Source: Thermoproteus tenax Kra 1 (GTDB lineage: Archaea; Thermoproteota; Thermoprotei; Thermoproteales; Thermoproteaceae). From it: 32,000 nucleotides of DNA. The notes below the pieces were generated by a model that was given only the letters and a program-made list of their open reading frames with translations, was not told the DNA's origin and ran no database searches. A program made the position numbers and the translations under genes. Below, in pieces: positions 1 to 7,667 of the stretch. Where the stretch lies: contig NC_016070.1 of the NCBI RefSeq assembly GCF_000253055.1, positions 870,001 through 902,000 on the forward strand. The letters run 5' to 3'. Position 1 is the first letter of the stretch; each line of letters begins with the position of its first letter.

Positions 1-1
1 T

Positions 2-544
2 GAGTTTACATCGCTGGATGCTCTGCCGCATCAGATGAGGTACGACTACGCCATGGTCTACTCCAACAACGTGCCTGCGGAGTCTCTCATTGCGAAGGTT
101 AAGTCGATCCAGGAGGCGGCGCCAGTGCCCGTGGACTACTGTATAGGCAGAGGGAGGACTCCGCTTGAGGCTTACGAGCGTTGCGGCGATGGATCTACAG
201 AGGGCGGGCCGGCCGTGGTGGGGCATTTGGATATTGTCAATAGCACGAGACAGACCGAGAAGCGCGGCTCCTACGATATCTATATTGTCGTTGGAGATCT
301 ATTGAACAAGATAAACTCAATATGCAGAGGTCTGGGCTGTCTCTCCTTCTATTTGGGAGGCGACAATATAATGATATTCCTCCCAGATGTAGAGGCAGGG
401 TTCCAGATATATGACCAAGTGTATATCGACGTGAGGCTAGGGATCGGAATAGCCGAGAGGCCCTATCAAGCCTTCACTAAGGCGACGGAGGCCTTGGACT
501 CGATGCGGAGGGATAACGTTGTCGGCGTGAGGATCCTAAGATGA
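2..544 (+). CDS. gch3: GTP cyclohydrolase III-like protein (archaeal riboflavin/F420 pathway), 5'-truncated by window edge
   Basis: Frame open from base 2 (EFTSLDALPHQMRYDYAMVYSNN...). Motifs GRTPLEAYERCG, VGHLDIVNSTRQTEKRG, YLGGDNIMIF and GIGIAERPYQAFTKATEALD resemble archaeal GTP cyclohydrolase III. It neighbours two other riboflavin genes. Confidence 0.85.
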   Translation, partial: EFTSLDALPHQMRYDYAMVYSNNVPAESLIAKVKSIQEAAPVPVDYCIGRGRTPLEAYERCGDGSTEGGPAVVGHLDIVNSTRQTEKRGSYDIYIVVGDLLNKINSICRGLGCLSFYLGGDNIMIFLPDVEAGFQIYDQVYIDVRLGIGIAERPYQAFTKATEALDSMRRDNVVGVRILR

Positions 545-1194
545 GGCCATATGTCTATCTAGTGGCGGCGGTTACTATTGACGGAAGGATAGCTAGCAAG
601 ACCGGCTACTCCAAGCTATCTTGCCCCATAGATCTGAGGAGACTACACGAGCTCAGGGGTAGGGTTGATGCAGTGATGGTGGGGGCTGGCACAGTCAGAG
701 TAGACAACCCGCGGCTCACAGTCAGATACGCTCAGGGCAAGAACCCTGTCAGAGTCGTCGTCGACGGAGCCTTGTCGCTCTCCCCTGAGATGAGGGTCTT
801 CGACAACTCTGCGCCGACTATACTCTTGACGACCGAGAGGGCTCCTCAAGAGAAGGTCGACGTCTTCGCTAGAAAGGGCGTCAGAGTGGTACAGTTCCCG
901 GGCGACTCAGTGCCGCTGAGGGAGGCCCTCGAGATGTTGTACAAGGAAGGAGTCAAGACGGTCCTAGTCGAGGGAGGCGGCCACGTGAACTGGCAGATCC
1001 TAAGCCAGTGTCTCGCGGACGAGCTCATTATAACTGTGACTCCCTACGCCTTTGGCGCCGGAACTTCGCTTCTTGAGGGACAAGGCTACGCTGATACTGA
1101 GTCGGCCCCGTTCAAGCTGAGGCTGATATCGGCTGAGGTGTGCGAGTGCGGGCAGGAGGTCGTCCTAAGGTATAAGGTTGAGTGTAAACATTAG
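541..1194 (+). CDS. arfC: 2,5-diamino-6-(ribosylamino)-4(3H)-pyrimidinone 5'-phosphate reductase (RibD C-terminal family)
   Basis: PYVYLVAAVTIDGRIASKTG, DAVMVGAGTVRVDNPRLTVR and VLVEGGGHVNWQ are typical RibD-C/Rib7 motifs. The ATG overlaps the upstream stop (ATGA). Confidence 0.9.
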   Translation: MRPYVYLVAAVTIDGRIASKTGYSKLSCPIDLRRLHELRGRVDAVMVGAGTVRVDNPRLTVRYAQGKNPVRVVVDGALSLSPEMRVFDNSAPTILLTTERAPQEKVDVFARKGVRVVQFPGDSVPLREALEMLYKEGVKTVLVEGGGHVNWQILSQCLADELIITVTPYAFGAGTSLLEGQGYADTESAPFKLRLISAEVCECGQEVVLRYKVECKH

Positions 1195-1201
1195 TTTACA
1201 C
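1182..1201. promoter_or_regulatory. Perfect inverted repeat GTGTAAAC-ATTA-GTTTACAC, candidate operator of ribB
   Basis: 8-bp perfect arms with a 4-nt spacer, directly upstream of the AT-rich TATA-like element at about 1205-1213 and the ribB ATG at 1234. Confidence 0.65.
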
Positions 1202-1233
1202 AAAAAATTTATTTGAATAAACTGAGGTTGATA

Positions 1234-1884
1234 ATGCATCGGCTTGAGAGAGCCTTGGAGTATTTAAGGGCTGGCAAACCCGTCCTAGTATACGACGGAG
1301 ACGACAGAGAGGCTGAGGCGGATTTCGTTGTTCCGGCCAAGTCAGTTACGCCGAACTTGGTGAGGTGGCTCAGAATAAATGCCGGCGGGCTCCTATGTTT
1401 CGCCACTACTGAGGAAATAGCGAGGGCTCTAGGTCTCTCGTTTTTGTCCGAATATTATTCCAAACTGGGCCTCTCAACTCGCCCCAGATATGGAGACGAC
1501 CCGGCCTTTATGGGGTATGTGAACCACAAAAAGACGTTCACAGGCGTGAGGGACTCAGACAAGGCTCTGACTATAAAGGAGCTTGCCCATATAGCCGAGC
1601 TTGCGCTTAAAGATCCCTCGCTAGCTAGAGAGGAGTTCCTATCTAACTTCTACGCGCCCGGTCATGTGCCCATACTGGGGGCGCGCCTGGGGCGCAGATG
1701 GGGCCACACAGAGCTGTCTATGATCTTGGCCAAGGCAGCGGGGTTGCCGCCGGCGGTCGCGATAATAGAGGTATTGGGGCCGAGCACAGAGGCCATGACC
1801 TATCAAGAGGTGAGCGAGTTGGCCGAGACTCTCGGAGTCCCGCTCCTGCGTGGAGAGGACCTAAAGGCCTTTGCGCAGTTTTAG
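1234..1884 (+). CDS. ribB: 3,4-dihydroxy-2-butanone 4-phosphate synthase
   Basis: [63 protein letters not shown]. The ORF track starts at a TTG (1213); the ATG at 1234 is preferred. Confidence 0.93.
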   Translation: MHRLERALEYLRAGKPVLVYDGDDREAEADFVVPAKSVTPNLVRWLRINAGGLLCFATTEEIARALGLSFLSEYYSKLGLSTRPRYGDDPAFMGYVNHKKTFTGVRDSDKALTIKELAHIAELALKDPSLAREEFLSNFYAPGHVPILGARLGRRWGHTELSMILAKAAGLPPAVAIIEVLGPSTEAMTYQEVSELAETLGVPLLRGEDLKAFAQF

Positions 1885-2283
1885 AACTATCTTGGCGTTC
1901 TGCGCATCTCTCACAAACTTGGCCACATAGGGCGCTAGGCGGTCTATCTCCCTTCTGGGAACTGTGTTCCAGGTGGGGCACGTCTTGTCAACGTAGACCT
2001 CCCTCCCGTCGTAGACTAGGGGGTAGAGCCTACACCCTATAGGTCTATGCTCATAGATCTTGCAGACCGCCCTCTTTGGATCGTAAAAGAAACAGTGTCC
2101 GTCCACGTTCCTCAGACGGACCACATCGCCGTCAACAACGGCGAATTCGTTGAACTTGTAGCCCAATCCCTCTATCCTCTCTATATCCTCCGGCAGGAGC
2201 TCCATCTGGGTATTAAGGCAACAGATACCGCACTTTATACACTTGAACTTTACTTCGAAGTAGGAGGGATCGCGCCAGCTCAC
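1861..2283 (-). CDS. YkgJ-like cysteine-cluster protein
   Basis: [30 protein letters not shown]...[15 protein letters not shown]: conserved CxxCxxCC...C...C pattern. Confidence 0.8.
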   Translation of the reverse strand: MSWRDPSYFEVKFKCIKCGICCLNTQMELLPEDIERIEGLGYKFNEFAVVDGDVVRLRNVDGHCFFYDPKRAVCKIYEHRPIGCRLYPLVYDGREVYVDKTCPTWNTVPRREIDRLAPYVAKFVRDAQNAKIVLKLRKGL

Positions 2284-3254
2284 TCCACCACGTAGAGCGG
2301 CCTCTGGCCTCTGAAGAATCTAACTACGTTCTCTGCAGCTATCTCGGCCATCATCCTCCGCGTCTCCTCGGCGGCGCTTCCGATGTGAGGAGTTAGAACC
2401 ACGTTGGGAAACTTGGCCAGCTCGTGGGTGTGGGGCAGAGGCTCCGTCTCAAAGACATCCAAGGCGGCGCCGGCCAGAAGGCCCTCCCTGAGGGCCCTTA
2501 CGAGGGCCTCAGTGTCCACTACAGCGCCTCTGGATACGTTCACTAAGTAGGCGCCTTTCTTCATCCTATTGAGGCGCTCCCAGTTTATTAAGTGGTACGT
2601 CTCGGGCGTCAGCGCTATGGAGACTACGACGAAATCGCTTGTGGCCAGGAGCTCCTCAAGGGACAGGTACTTGATTCCTAACGCGAACTCAACCTGCGGC
2701 TTCCTCGTGCGAGACCAATAGACCACCTCGGCGCCAAAGGCCAGAAGGCGCCTCGCTATAGCGGCGCCAAGGTTGCCCAATCCCACGATCCCCGCCCTCT
2801 TTCCGCGTATGTCTGAGCCTATAAGGGCACCCCATATGTCGTAGGCCTTCCCCTCCCTAATCAGTCTATCGCCCTCCACAATCCTTCTGGCCAGAGCGAG
2901 GAGCAAGCCGACCGCAAGATCCGCCGTCGCGTCCACTAGCACCTCAGGCGTATTGGTAACTACAATCCCCCTGCGCTTAGCCTCGGCTACATCTATATGG
3001 TCGTAGCCGACGGATACAGTCGAAATTATCTTGAGCCGAGAGCCCGCCGAGAGCACCTCGGCGTCCACTCTGTCCCCCACGAATACAACTAGCGCATCGC
3101 ACTCGGCAGCAGCCCTTTTGAGCACCTCCTTGGGGATTCCTACGGTGAGCCAAGCGGGTTTTCCGTATTTATAAGTCCGTACCTCTCCGACCTCTGACAA
3201 CTTCCTATAGAGCACCTCGGGGAATGTGTCTCTGCTTACGAATATACACGGCAC
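2280..3254 (-). CDS. D-2-hydroxyacid dehydrogenase (glyoxylate/hydroxypyruvate reductase-like)
   Basis: [21 protein letters not shown]-binding motif, [44 protein letters not shown]. Confidence 0.9.
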   Translation of the reverse strand: MPCIFVSRDTFPEVLYRKLSEVGEVRTYKYGKPAWLTVGIPKEVLKRAAAECDALVVFVGDRVDAEVLSAGSRLKIISTVSVGYDHIDVAEAKRRGIVVTNTPEVLVDATADLAVGLLLALARRIVEGDRLIREGKAYDIWGALIGSDIRGKRAGIVGLGNLGAAIARRLLAFGAEVVYWSRTRKPQVEFALGIKYLSLEELLATSDFVVVSIALTPETYHLINWERLNRMKKGAYLVNVSRGAVVDTEALVRALREGLLAGAALDVFETEPLPHTHELAKFPNVVLTPHIGSAAEETRRMMAEIAAENVVRFFRGQRPLYVVE

Positions 3255-3271
3255 ATCCCGGCAGAGTACGA

Positions 3272-3715
3272 TTATTTAATCTTTAAAAAGCGCTTCAGCC
3301 ATTCGGGCATCTTGGGCCTCTGCACTATATCGAGCACATCGTAAGGCTTCAAGTCCAAGATGGGGCTGCCGGTCCATGCATCGAGGTTCCTCAGGCGGAG
3401 CCTGGGGGGCTCCACGGATACTATCTCGGCCACGGTGAGCCCTATAGGGTTCGGGCGAGGAGGAAACCTAGTGGCGAATATGCCCACCTCCGGCATATCC
3501 TCAAGACCCCACGGCTTGAGCGTAATCCTGGTCTCTTTAACGCGGTCCATGAACCAGATGACGAACACATGGCTGTATTCCTCAATGCCCTTCAGACCGG
3601 CCGAGAACTCGTCGAAAATCCTGACCGTCGAGACGAAAGTTCTGCGGTCAACCCTGGGCCCCTCCTCGGGCAGACCCGACTCGACAACGCCGATGGGCCT
3701 CAATCTGATTTCCAT
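3272..3715 (-). CDS. trmO: tRNA (N6-threonylcarbamoyladenosine37-N6)-methyltransferase TrmO
   Basis: RPIGVVES, GLKGIEEYSHVFVIWF, GIFATRFPPRPNPIGLTVAEI, LDLKPYDVLD are TrmO/TsaA signatures. Confidence 0.9.
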   Translation of the reverse strand: MEIRLRPIGVVESGLPEEGPRVDRRTFVSTVRIFDEFSAGLKGIEEYSHVFVIWFMDRVKETRITLKPWGLEDMPEVGIFATRFPPRPNPIGLTVAEIVSVEPPRLRLRNLDAWTGSPILDLKPYDVLDIVQRPKMPEWLKRFLKIK

Positions 3716-4215
3716 TAAGACACGACCTGGGCCGTGATAGAGGGGCTTATTATCAACTCTCCATCGTGGAACACTACGTGCGGGAACGATATGAGGAGCT
3801 TCTCGGAGGAGCCTCCGTTCAACCTCATCCCGCCTATTATGTGGACCTTGAAAACGCCGCTAGGGATACGCGCAGTGATGTTTGATCCATCGATCTGTAC
3901 TGTGGCCTCGGAGATTGTGAAGAACACCTCATTGTATTCGCCGGCTGGCACAGAGGCAGAGAGCAGCAGCTGGGGCGTGCTCGTGAGCTCTACAGTTCTG
4001 CTACCATTGAATAGGACGATCCAGCCCCCCGTCCCATTGGCGTTCACTCTGTGCAGGGCAATAGAGGTGAACGTCACATATATTGCGATCCTCTGAGGCG
4101 ATGGAGGATCAGAGATGTAGATGTCCACATGTCCCTGTGAGAAGTAGTAGTAGGCCAAGAGGCCTAAGGCTGCCACTACGACGATCGCCCCTACGACGAG
4201 GATGGACGTTCTCAT
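3715..4215 (-). CDS. Membrane-anchored extracellular protein, DUF4382-like
   Basis: N-terminal transmembrane segment, then a beta-rich domain (VDIYISDPPSPQRIAIYVTFTSIALHRV...VPAGEYNEVFFTISEATVQIDG). Confidence 0.55.
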   Translation of the reverse strand: MRTSILVVGAIVVVAALGLLAYYYFSQGHVDIYISDPPSPQRIAIYVTFTSIALHRVNANGTGGWIVLFNGSRTVELTSTPQLLLSASVPAGEYNEVFFTISEATVQIDGSNITARIPSGVFKVHIIGGMRLNGGSSEKLLISFPHVVFHDGELIISPSITAQVVS

Positions 4216-4237
4216 AAGACGTCGTTGCGCGTTAGCT

Positions 4238-4696
4238 TTAAGGTTTTCTTGCGCCTAAGGCTCGTCTCACGAGCTCCCTCACGTTGGGGTACGTCTTCAG
4301 TACATCTAGATCATCGGCAGAGATCCACCTTCCCTCTCTCAGCGTTCCGCCGGTTCTCTCCACAAGGAATATCAAGTCGTAGTGGAGGTGAACCTCAGAA
4401 GGGTATCTGACCACCTCGCGCATTATGGCGAAGGGGAGCGGCTCCTCAATAACATCGGGCGCAGTTATGCCCAACCTCGGGCCCACCGGCTCAACCCTCA
4501 AGCCTGTCTCCTCCTCAAACTCTCTGACCACAGCCTCGGCAGGCGTCTCGCCGGGCTCCACGTGGCCGCCTGGGTAGAGCCAGACGTCAAGCTTTTTGTG
4601 ATATATCATAAGAGCCCTACCGCCTTCAACCAAGATGCCCGATGCCACAATACACTTCTTCACTCTCGGTCTTAGGGATCCGCTAAATGAGTCCAA
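4238..4696 (-). CDS. NUDIX hydrolase
   Basis: Nudix box GGHVEPGETPAEAVVREFEEETGL. Confidence 0.92.
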   Translation of the reverse strand: MDSFSGSLRPRVKKCIVASGILVEGGRALMIYHKKLDVWLYPGGHVEPGETPAEAVVREFEEETGLRVEPVGPRLGITAPDVIEEPLPFAIMREVVRYPSEVHLHYDLIFLVERTGGTLREGRWISADDLDVLKTYPNVRELVRRALGARKP

Positions 4697-4714
4697 TGGA
4701 CAACTTTCAGCGCC

Positions 4715-5014
4715 TCAGTTCTCCTGCTCGGCCCTCCTCTCCAGCCACTTGGAGAACATTATGAAGAAGACCTCCGCGTTGTGCCTTCCCACCGCCCTCT
4801 CCAGCGCGGCGTACAGCCCCTCCGGCTCCGCCTCGGCGAACTCGGCGAGCCCTCTGCCGAAGAGCCTCCTCAGCCTCACGTCGATGGCGGTGAGGTAGGC
4901 TGCGTCGAGGCTCCTCACGAACTCCGGGAGGAGACCCGTCTTGAGGGTCAAGGCCATCATGTGCACGCCGTGTGCCCCAGGATAAAAATCCTCCGGAGCG
5001 CCGAGAGAAATCAT
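4715..5014 (-). CDS. Hypothetical protein
   Basis: ORF 4715..5074; the internal ATG at 5014 is a plausible start (MISLGAPEDFYPG...). Good codon-level composition, no family recognised, start uncertain. Confidence 0.45.
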   Translation of the reverse strand: MISLGAPEDFYPGAHGVHMMALTLKTGLLPEFVRSLDAAYLTAIDVRLRRLFGRGLAEFAEAEPEGLYAALERAVGRHNAEVFFIMFSKWLERRAEQEN

Positions 5015-5077
5015 CCCATATAAATAACTTACGGAGTAGCTAAGCAATCCGCAGATCTTAAAACAGGGAGACAATCC

Positions 5078-5087
5078 AAATATTTAT
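5078..5087 (+). promoter_or_regulatory. TATA-box candidate (AAATATTTAT) far upstream of the CoA-transferase gene
   Basis: AT-rich hexamer-like element about 135 nt upstream of the ATG at 5217; nearest TATA-like match upstream of this gene. Confidence 0.4.
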
Positions 5088-5122
5088 GAGGCGGATGACG
5101 GCAAGGCGGAATATTACGGTTT

Positions 5123-5216
5123 CCTCGCCCATTACTGTATCGGGCGAGGTCGCATGGGACACGAAGGCGCCAAGGGCGGCCGCCCTAACAGTGTTCCCCT
5201 CAAGAGGGGAAGCGCC
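5123..5216 (+). promoter_or_regulatory. Structured 5' leader candidate
   Basis: Hairpin CCTCGCCC-N11-GGGCGAGG (5123-5149); palindrome GGGCGGCCGCCC (5174-5185); hairpin CCCCTCAAGAGGGG (5196-5209); outer helix GGCGC (5166-5170)/GCGCC (5212-5216) ending at the base before the ATG. Confidence 0.5.
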
Positions 5217-6440
5217 ATGAGGCCTCTGGAGGGAGTGAGAATTTTGGACTTCACGGCGGCCATGGCAGGTCCCTTTGCGACGATGCTCCTCGCGGACTTG
5301 GGAGCCGAGGTTATAAAGATAGAGCCCCCCGAGGGGGATCACGCGAGAGATTGGGGCCCTCCCTCATATGGCGAGAAATACAGCGCATATTTCGCAAGCG
5401 TGAACAGAGGTAAGAAGTCGATCGTCTTGGACCTCAAAAGGGAGGAGGCACGCGAGGTAGTCTATAAATTGGTAAAGACTGCAGATGCAGTAGTCGAAAA
5501 CTTCAGGCCAGGGGTCGCCGAAAGGCTCGGCGTGGACTACAAGAACTTAAAGAGATTCAACCCTCAGTTGGTTTACTGCTCTATTTCGGGGTTCGGCGAA
5601 GGGCCCTACAGAGATCTGCCTGCGTACGACCTGGTGGCGCTCGCTATGTCGGGACTGATGGACTTGACCGGAGAGCCCGAGAGACCGCCGGTGAAGTTCG
5701 CGGTTCCTATCACGGATATTGCCGCTGGCTTCTACTGCGCTCTCTCTGTTACCGCCGCAGTGTTGAGCGGGATCCCGGGGTACATAGAGGTGCCGCTCAT
5801 AGAGGCGGCTATATCGTTGCTCACGCATCAAGCAAGTTACTACTTCGCCAGCGGCGAACCGCCGAGGAGGATGGGAAGCGCCCACGCGACCATAGTCCCA
5901 TATCAAGCGTTTAAGGCTAAGGACGGCTACTTCATATTGGCGGTGGGTAGCGATCATTTATGGCGGAAGTTCTGCGAGGCCATAGGCAGGCCGGAGCTAG
6001 CCGACGATCCGCGCTTTAGGACTAACGCAGATAGAGTCAAGAACAGGGACGAGCTTGTAAAGATACTCGAGAGGATCTTTGCAGAAGGAGAGACGCACCA
6101 CTGGGTCAGGTTGATGTGGCAGAACGGCGTAGCTGCAGCGCCCGTCTATAACGTTTCACAGGTGTTCTCAGATCCACATATAAAGTACAGAGGTGTGGTC
6201 GTTGAGGCCAACGGCCCCTATGGCCCAGTAAGGATGTTGAGGAGCCCGATAAACTCGGCGTCAATGGACATAGGCAGATACACAGCGCCGCCGGCCCTTG
6301 GGGAGCACACGTGCGAGATCCTCAAAGAGCTCGGTTATACCGACGAGCAGATAAGAGACCTCCTTAAGAGCGGCGTAGCTAGATCCTCGTCTAACAGCTG
6401 CTCGATATCTCGAGAGAGGAGCGCCCCGGCCGGGATTTGA
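5217..6440 (+). CDS. CoA-transferase family III (CaiB/BaiF-like)
   Basis: PLEGVRILDFTAAMAGPFATMLLADLGAEVIKIEPPEGDHARDWGPP, FAVPITDIAAGFYCALSVTAAVL. The track start at 5154 adds a non-conserved 21-aa extension. Confidence 0.9.
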   Translation: MRPLEGVRILDFTAAMAGPFATMLLADLGAEVIKIEPPEGDHARDWGPPSYGEKYSAYFASVNRGKKSIVLDLKREEAREVVYKLVKTADAVVENFRPGVAERLGVDYKNLKRFNPQLVYCSISGFGEGPYRDLPAYDLVALAMSGLMDLTGEPERPPVKFAVPITDIAAGFYCALSVTAAVLSGIPGYIEVPLIEAAISLLTHQASYYFASGEPPRRMGSAHATIVPYQAFKAKDGYFILAVGSDHLWRKFCEAIGRPELADDPRFRTNADRVKNRDELVKILERIFAEGETHHWVRLMWQNGVAAAPVYNVSQVFSDPHIKYRGVVVEANGPYGPVRMLRSPINSASMDIGRYTAPPALGEHTCEILKELGYTDEQIRDLLKSGVARSSSNSCSISRERSAPAGI

Positions 6441-6516
6441 ACCCGGGTCACGGGCTCGACAGGCCCGCATACTAGTCCGGGCTATACTACCGGATGGGGT
6501 AGCTACATGCTATGGC
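6422..6516 (-). tRNA. tRNA-Asp (anticodon GTC) with a 20-nt acceptor-stem intron after nucleotide 3
   Basis: Mature: GCC+CCGGTAGTATAGCCCGGACTAGTATGCGGGCCTGTCGAGCCCGTGACCCGGGTTCAAATCCCGGCCGGGGCG (75 nt). All four arms fold once the intron is removed. Confidence 0.88.
6494..6513 (-). other. tRNA-Asp intron (position 3/4), ATAGCATGTAGCTACCCCAT
   Basis: BHB: H = GGGG (3 leader G + G1)/CCCC; bulges CC|A and AT|C; inner helix TAGC/GCTA with loop ATGTA. Confidence 0.8.
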
Positions 6517-6539
6517 CCCCGCCCGTCCGGGGCGGGCTC

Positions 6540-6900
6540 TTTGTACTGATGTTTTTAAAAGTTTTTCGCTCAACTGCTATGTATTGAGGCGTAGCACGCC
6601 ATCTGTCCTACCGCCGGCGTTGCGCCCAGGGGGCCCCACCCTGCCTCCGCTTTACTGACGTCCAAGGCGCCTCGGGCGCAGAGCCATCGTGCAAGGGGCA
6701 GAGGCCCCCTCCTCCAGTGATAGCCCCGGCCGGGGATCGTGGGGACGCTGCCTCTTTACAGCGGGCATACGCTTAAGCCCCCAGTCTGCACAGAGAAACG
6801 CGCTTTCCTCAATTGCGAGGAAGAAAACTGTCCTCTGAGCGGCCAAGGCCGGGTTATCGTCGAAGGTATAACGGCCCTTTAGACAGCATCGTTAAAGCGG
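6540..6900. ncRNA. Unassigned GC-rich segment, candidate structured ncRNA (strand unknown)
   Basis: Only short implausible ORFs in a compact genome; hairpins GGCGT-AGC-ACGCC (6588-6600), TTTCCTC-AATTGC-GAGGAAG (about 6805-6824) and palindrome CCCCGGCCGGGG (6724-6735); flanked by TATA-like elements on both sides. Confidence 0.35.
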
Positions 6901-6969
6901 ATCTCCACCGCCGGAGAAAAATTTTTAAGAAGGCGCCATTGATGAGTCCGCCCCGGCTAGACGGGGGCC

Positions 6970-6989
6970 GTAGCCGAAGGCTACCCCAC
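6970..6989 (+). other. tRNA-Glu intron 1 (position 3/4), GTAGCCGAAGGCTACCCCAC
   Basis: BHB: H = GGGG (6964-6967)/CCCC (6984-6987); bulges CC|G and AC|C; inner helix TAGCC/GGCTA with loop GAA. Confidence 0.8.
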
Positions 6990-7010
6990 CCGGTCGTCTA
7001 GCCCGGTCAA

Positions 7011-7028
7011 GGGGCAACGCCCGGCTAG
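7011..7028 (+). other. tRNA-Glu intron 2 (D-loop), GGGGCAACGCCCGGCTAG
   Basis: 3-4-3 BHB: H = GGTC (7005-7008)/GGCT (7023-7026); bulges AA|G and AG|G; inner helix GGGC/GCCC with loop AAC. Confidence 0.75.
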
Positions 7029-7079
7029 GGATATGGGCCTCTCGAGCCCAAGACCCGGGTTCAAATCCCGGCCGGGGCA

Positions 7080-7667
7080 CTACGCCTTTATCAGTCCCAT
7101 AACGCCGTCGGCCACGAGCTGGACCGCCCAAGCCGCTATTATTAGGCTGAAGAACCTAGCGAATATCCTCAACGCGTTAGTCCCGACGAGTCTCACCAAC
7201 AACGCCGAGTATTTCATCGTTAGATAGGTCATAGCCGAGGCAACGGCTATGGCCACTATCAACGTCAGCGGGTCGTAGTAGGTGGCCATCACCATCACAG
7301 ACGTTATAGCGCCCGGCCCCACGAGCATCGGCGTTATTATGGGCACAACGATGTACTCATCAGGGTTTATGCCCATCGTCTTTGGGGCACCCTCTCTGAG
7401 GATGTCTATCGCTATAACGAACAGCACGGCCCCGCCTGCGGCGCGGAACCCATTTATGTTGACTCCGAATACATTCAATATATAGGGGCCTGCGAACGCG
7501 AACAACAACAACAGCACTGGGACAGTGGTCGCCACTAGCCTCAGAAAACGCGGGTGCATCCTCTCATAGTTGGGCAACGTGGCGAGCAGGGGTATGGCGC
7601 CCAATGGGTCTATAATGGCGTAGAGTTGCACTGCGCCTACCAGCGCCTCGAAGGGCGAGAACATCAC
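7080..7667 (-). CDS. MarC family integral membrane protein
   Basis: [55 protein letters not shown] and multiple TM segments. The stop codon abuts the tRNA-Glu 3' end. Confidence 0.9.
   Translation of the reverse strand: MMFSPFEALVGAVQLYAIIDPLGAIPLLATLPNYERMHPRFLRLVATTVPVLLLLFAFAGPYILNVFGVNINGFRAAGGAVLFVIAIDILREGAPKTMGINPDEYIVVPIITPMLVGPGAITSVMVMATYYDPLTLIVAIAVASAMTYLTMKYSALLVRLVGTNALRIFARFFSLIIAAWAVQLVADGVMGLIKA

Larger units (their letters stand above)
6967..7079 (+). tRNA. tRNA-Glu (anticodon CTC) with two introns (acceptor-stem 3/4 and D-loop 21/22)
   Basis: Mature: GCC+CCGGTCGTCTAGCCCGGTCAA+GGATATGGGCCTCTCGAGCCCAAGACCCGGGTTCAAATCCCGGCCGGGGCA (75 nt); all arms fold after removal of 20 nt and 18 nt. 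Confidence 0.88.

Noticed and set aside
5088-5216. Fluoride (crcB) riboswitch in the CoA-transferase leader
   Set aside because: A GATGACGG stretch is present but the expected pseudoknot layout is not recognisable, and the downstream gene is not a fluoride exporter.
6562-6915. Assignment of the spacer as RNase P RNA or SRP RNA
   Set aside because: The GAGGAAAG/GGACAGA resemblance lacks the bulged U and a proper P4 pairing, and no SRP helix-8 motif was seen. Left as an unassigned candidate.
6944-6951. TTGATGAG as a C box of a C/D sRNA
   Set aside because: It lies in the tRNA-Glu promoter/leader and no matching D box (CTGA) at suitable spacing was found.
6950-6993. Alternative tRNA-Glu model using the leader GCCCCGG as the real 5' end with a ~37-nt intron (and the equivalent for tRNA-Asp)
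   Set aside because: No bulge-helix-bulge could be drawn with cuts after G7. The 20-nt model gives good BHB geometry and equal intron length in both genes.
6652-7001. ORFs 6652..6846 (-) and 6813..7001 (+)
   Set aside because: Arg/Pro-rich translations of GC-rich non-coding DNA; one runs into the tRNA-Glu gene.
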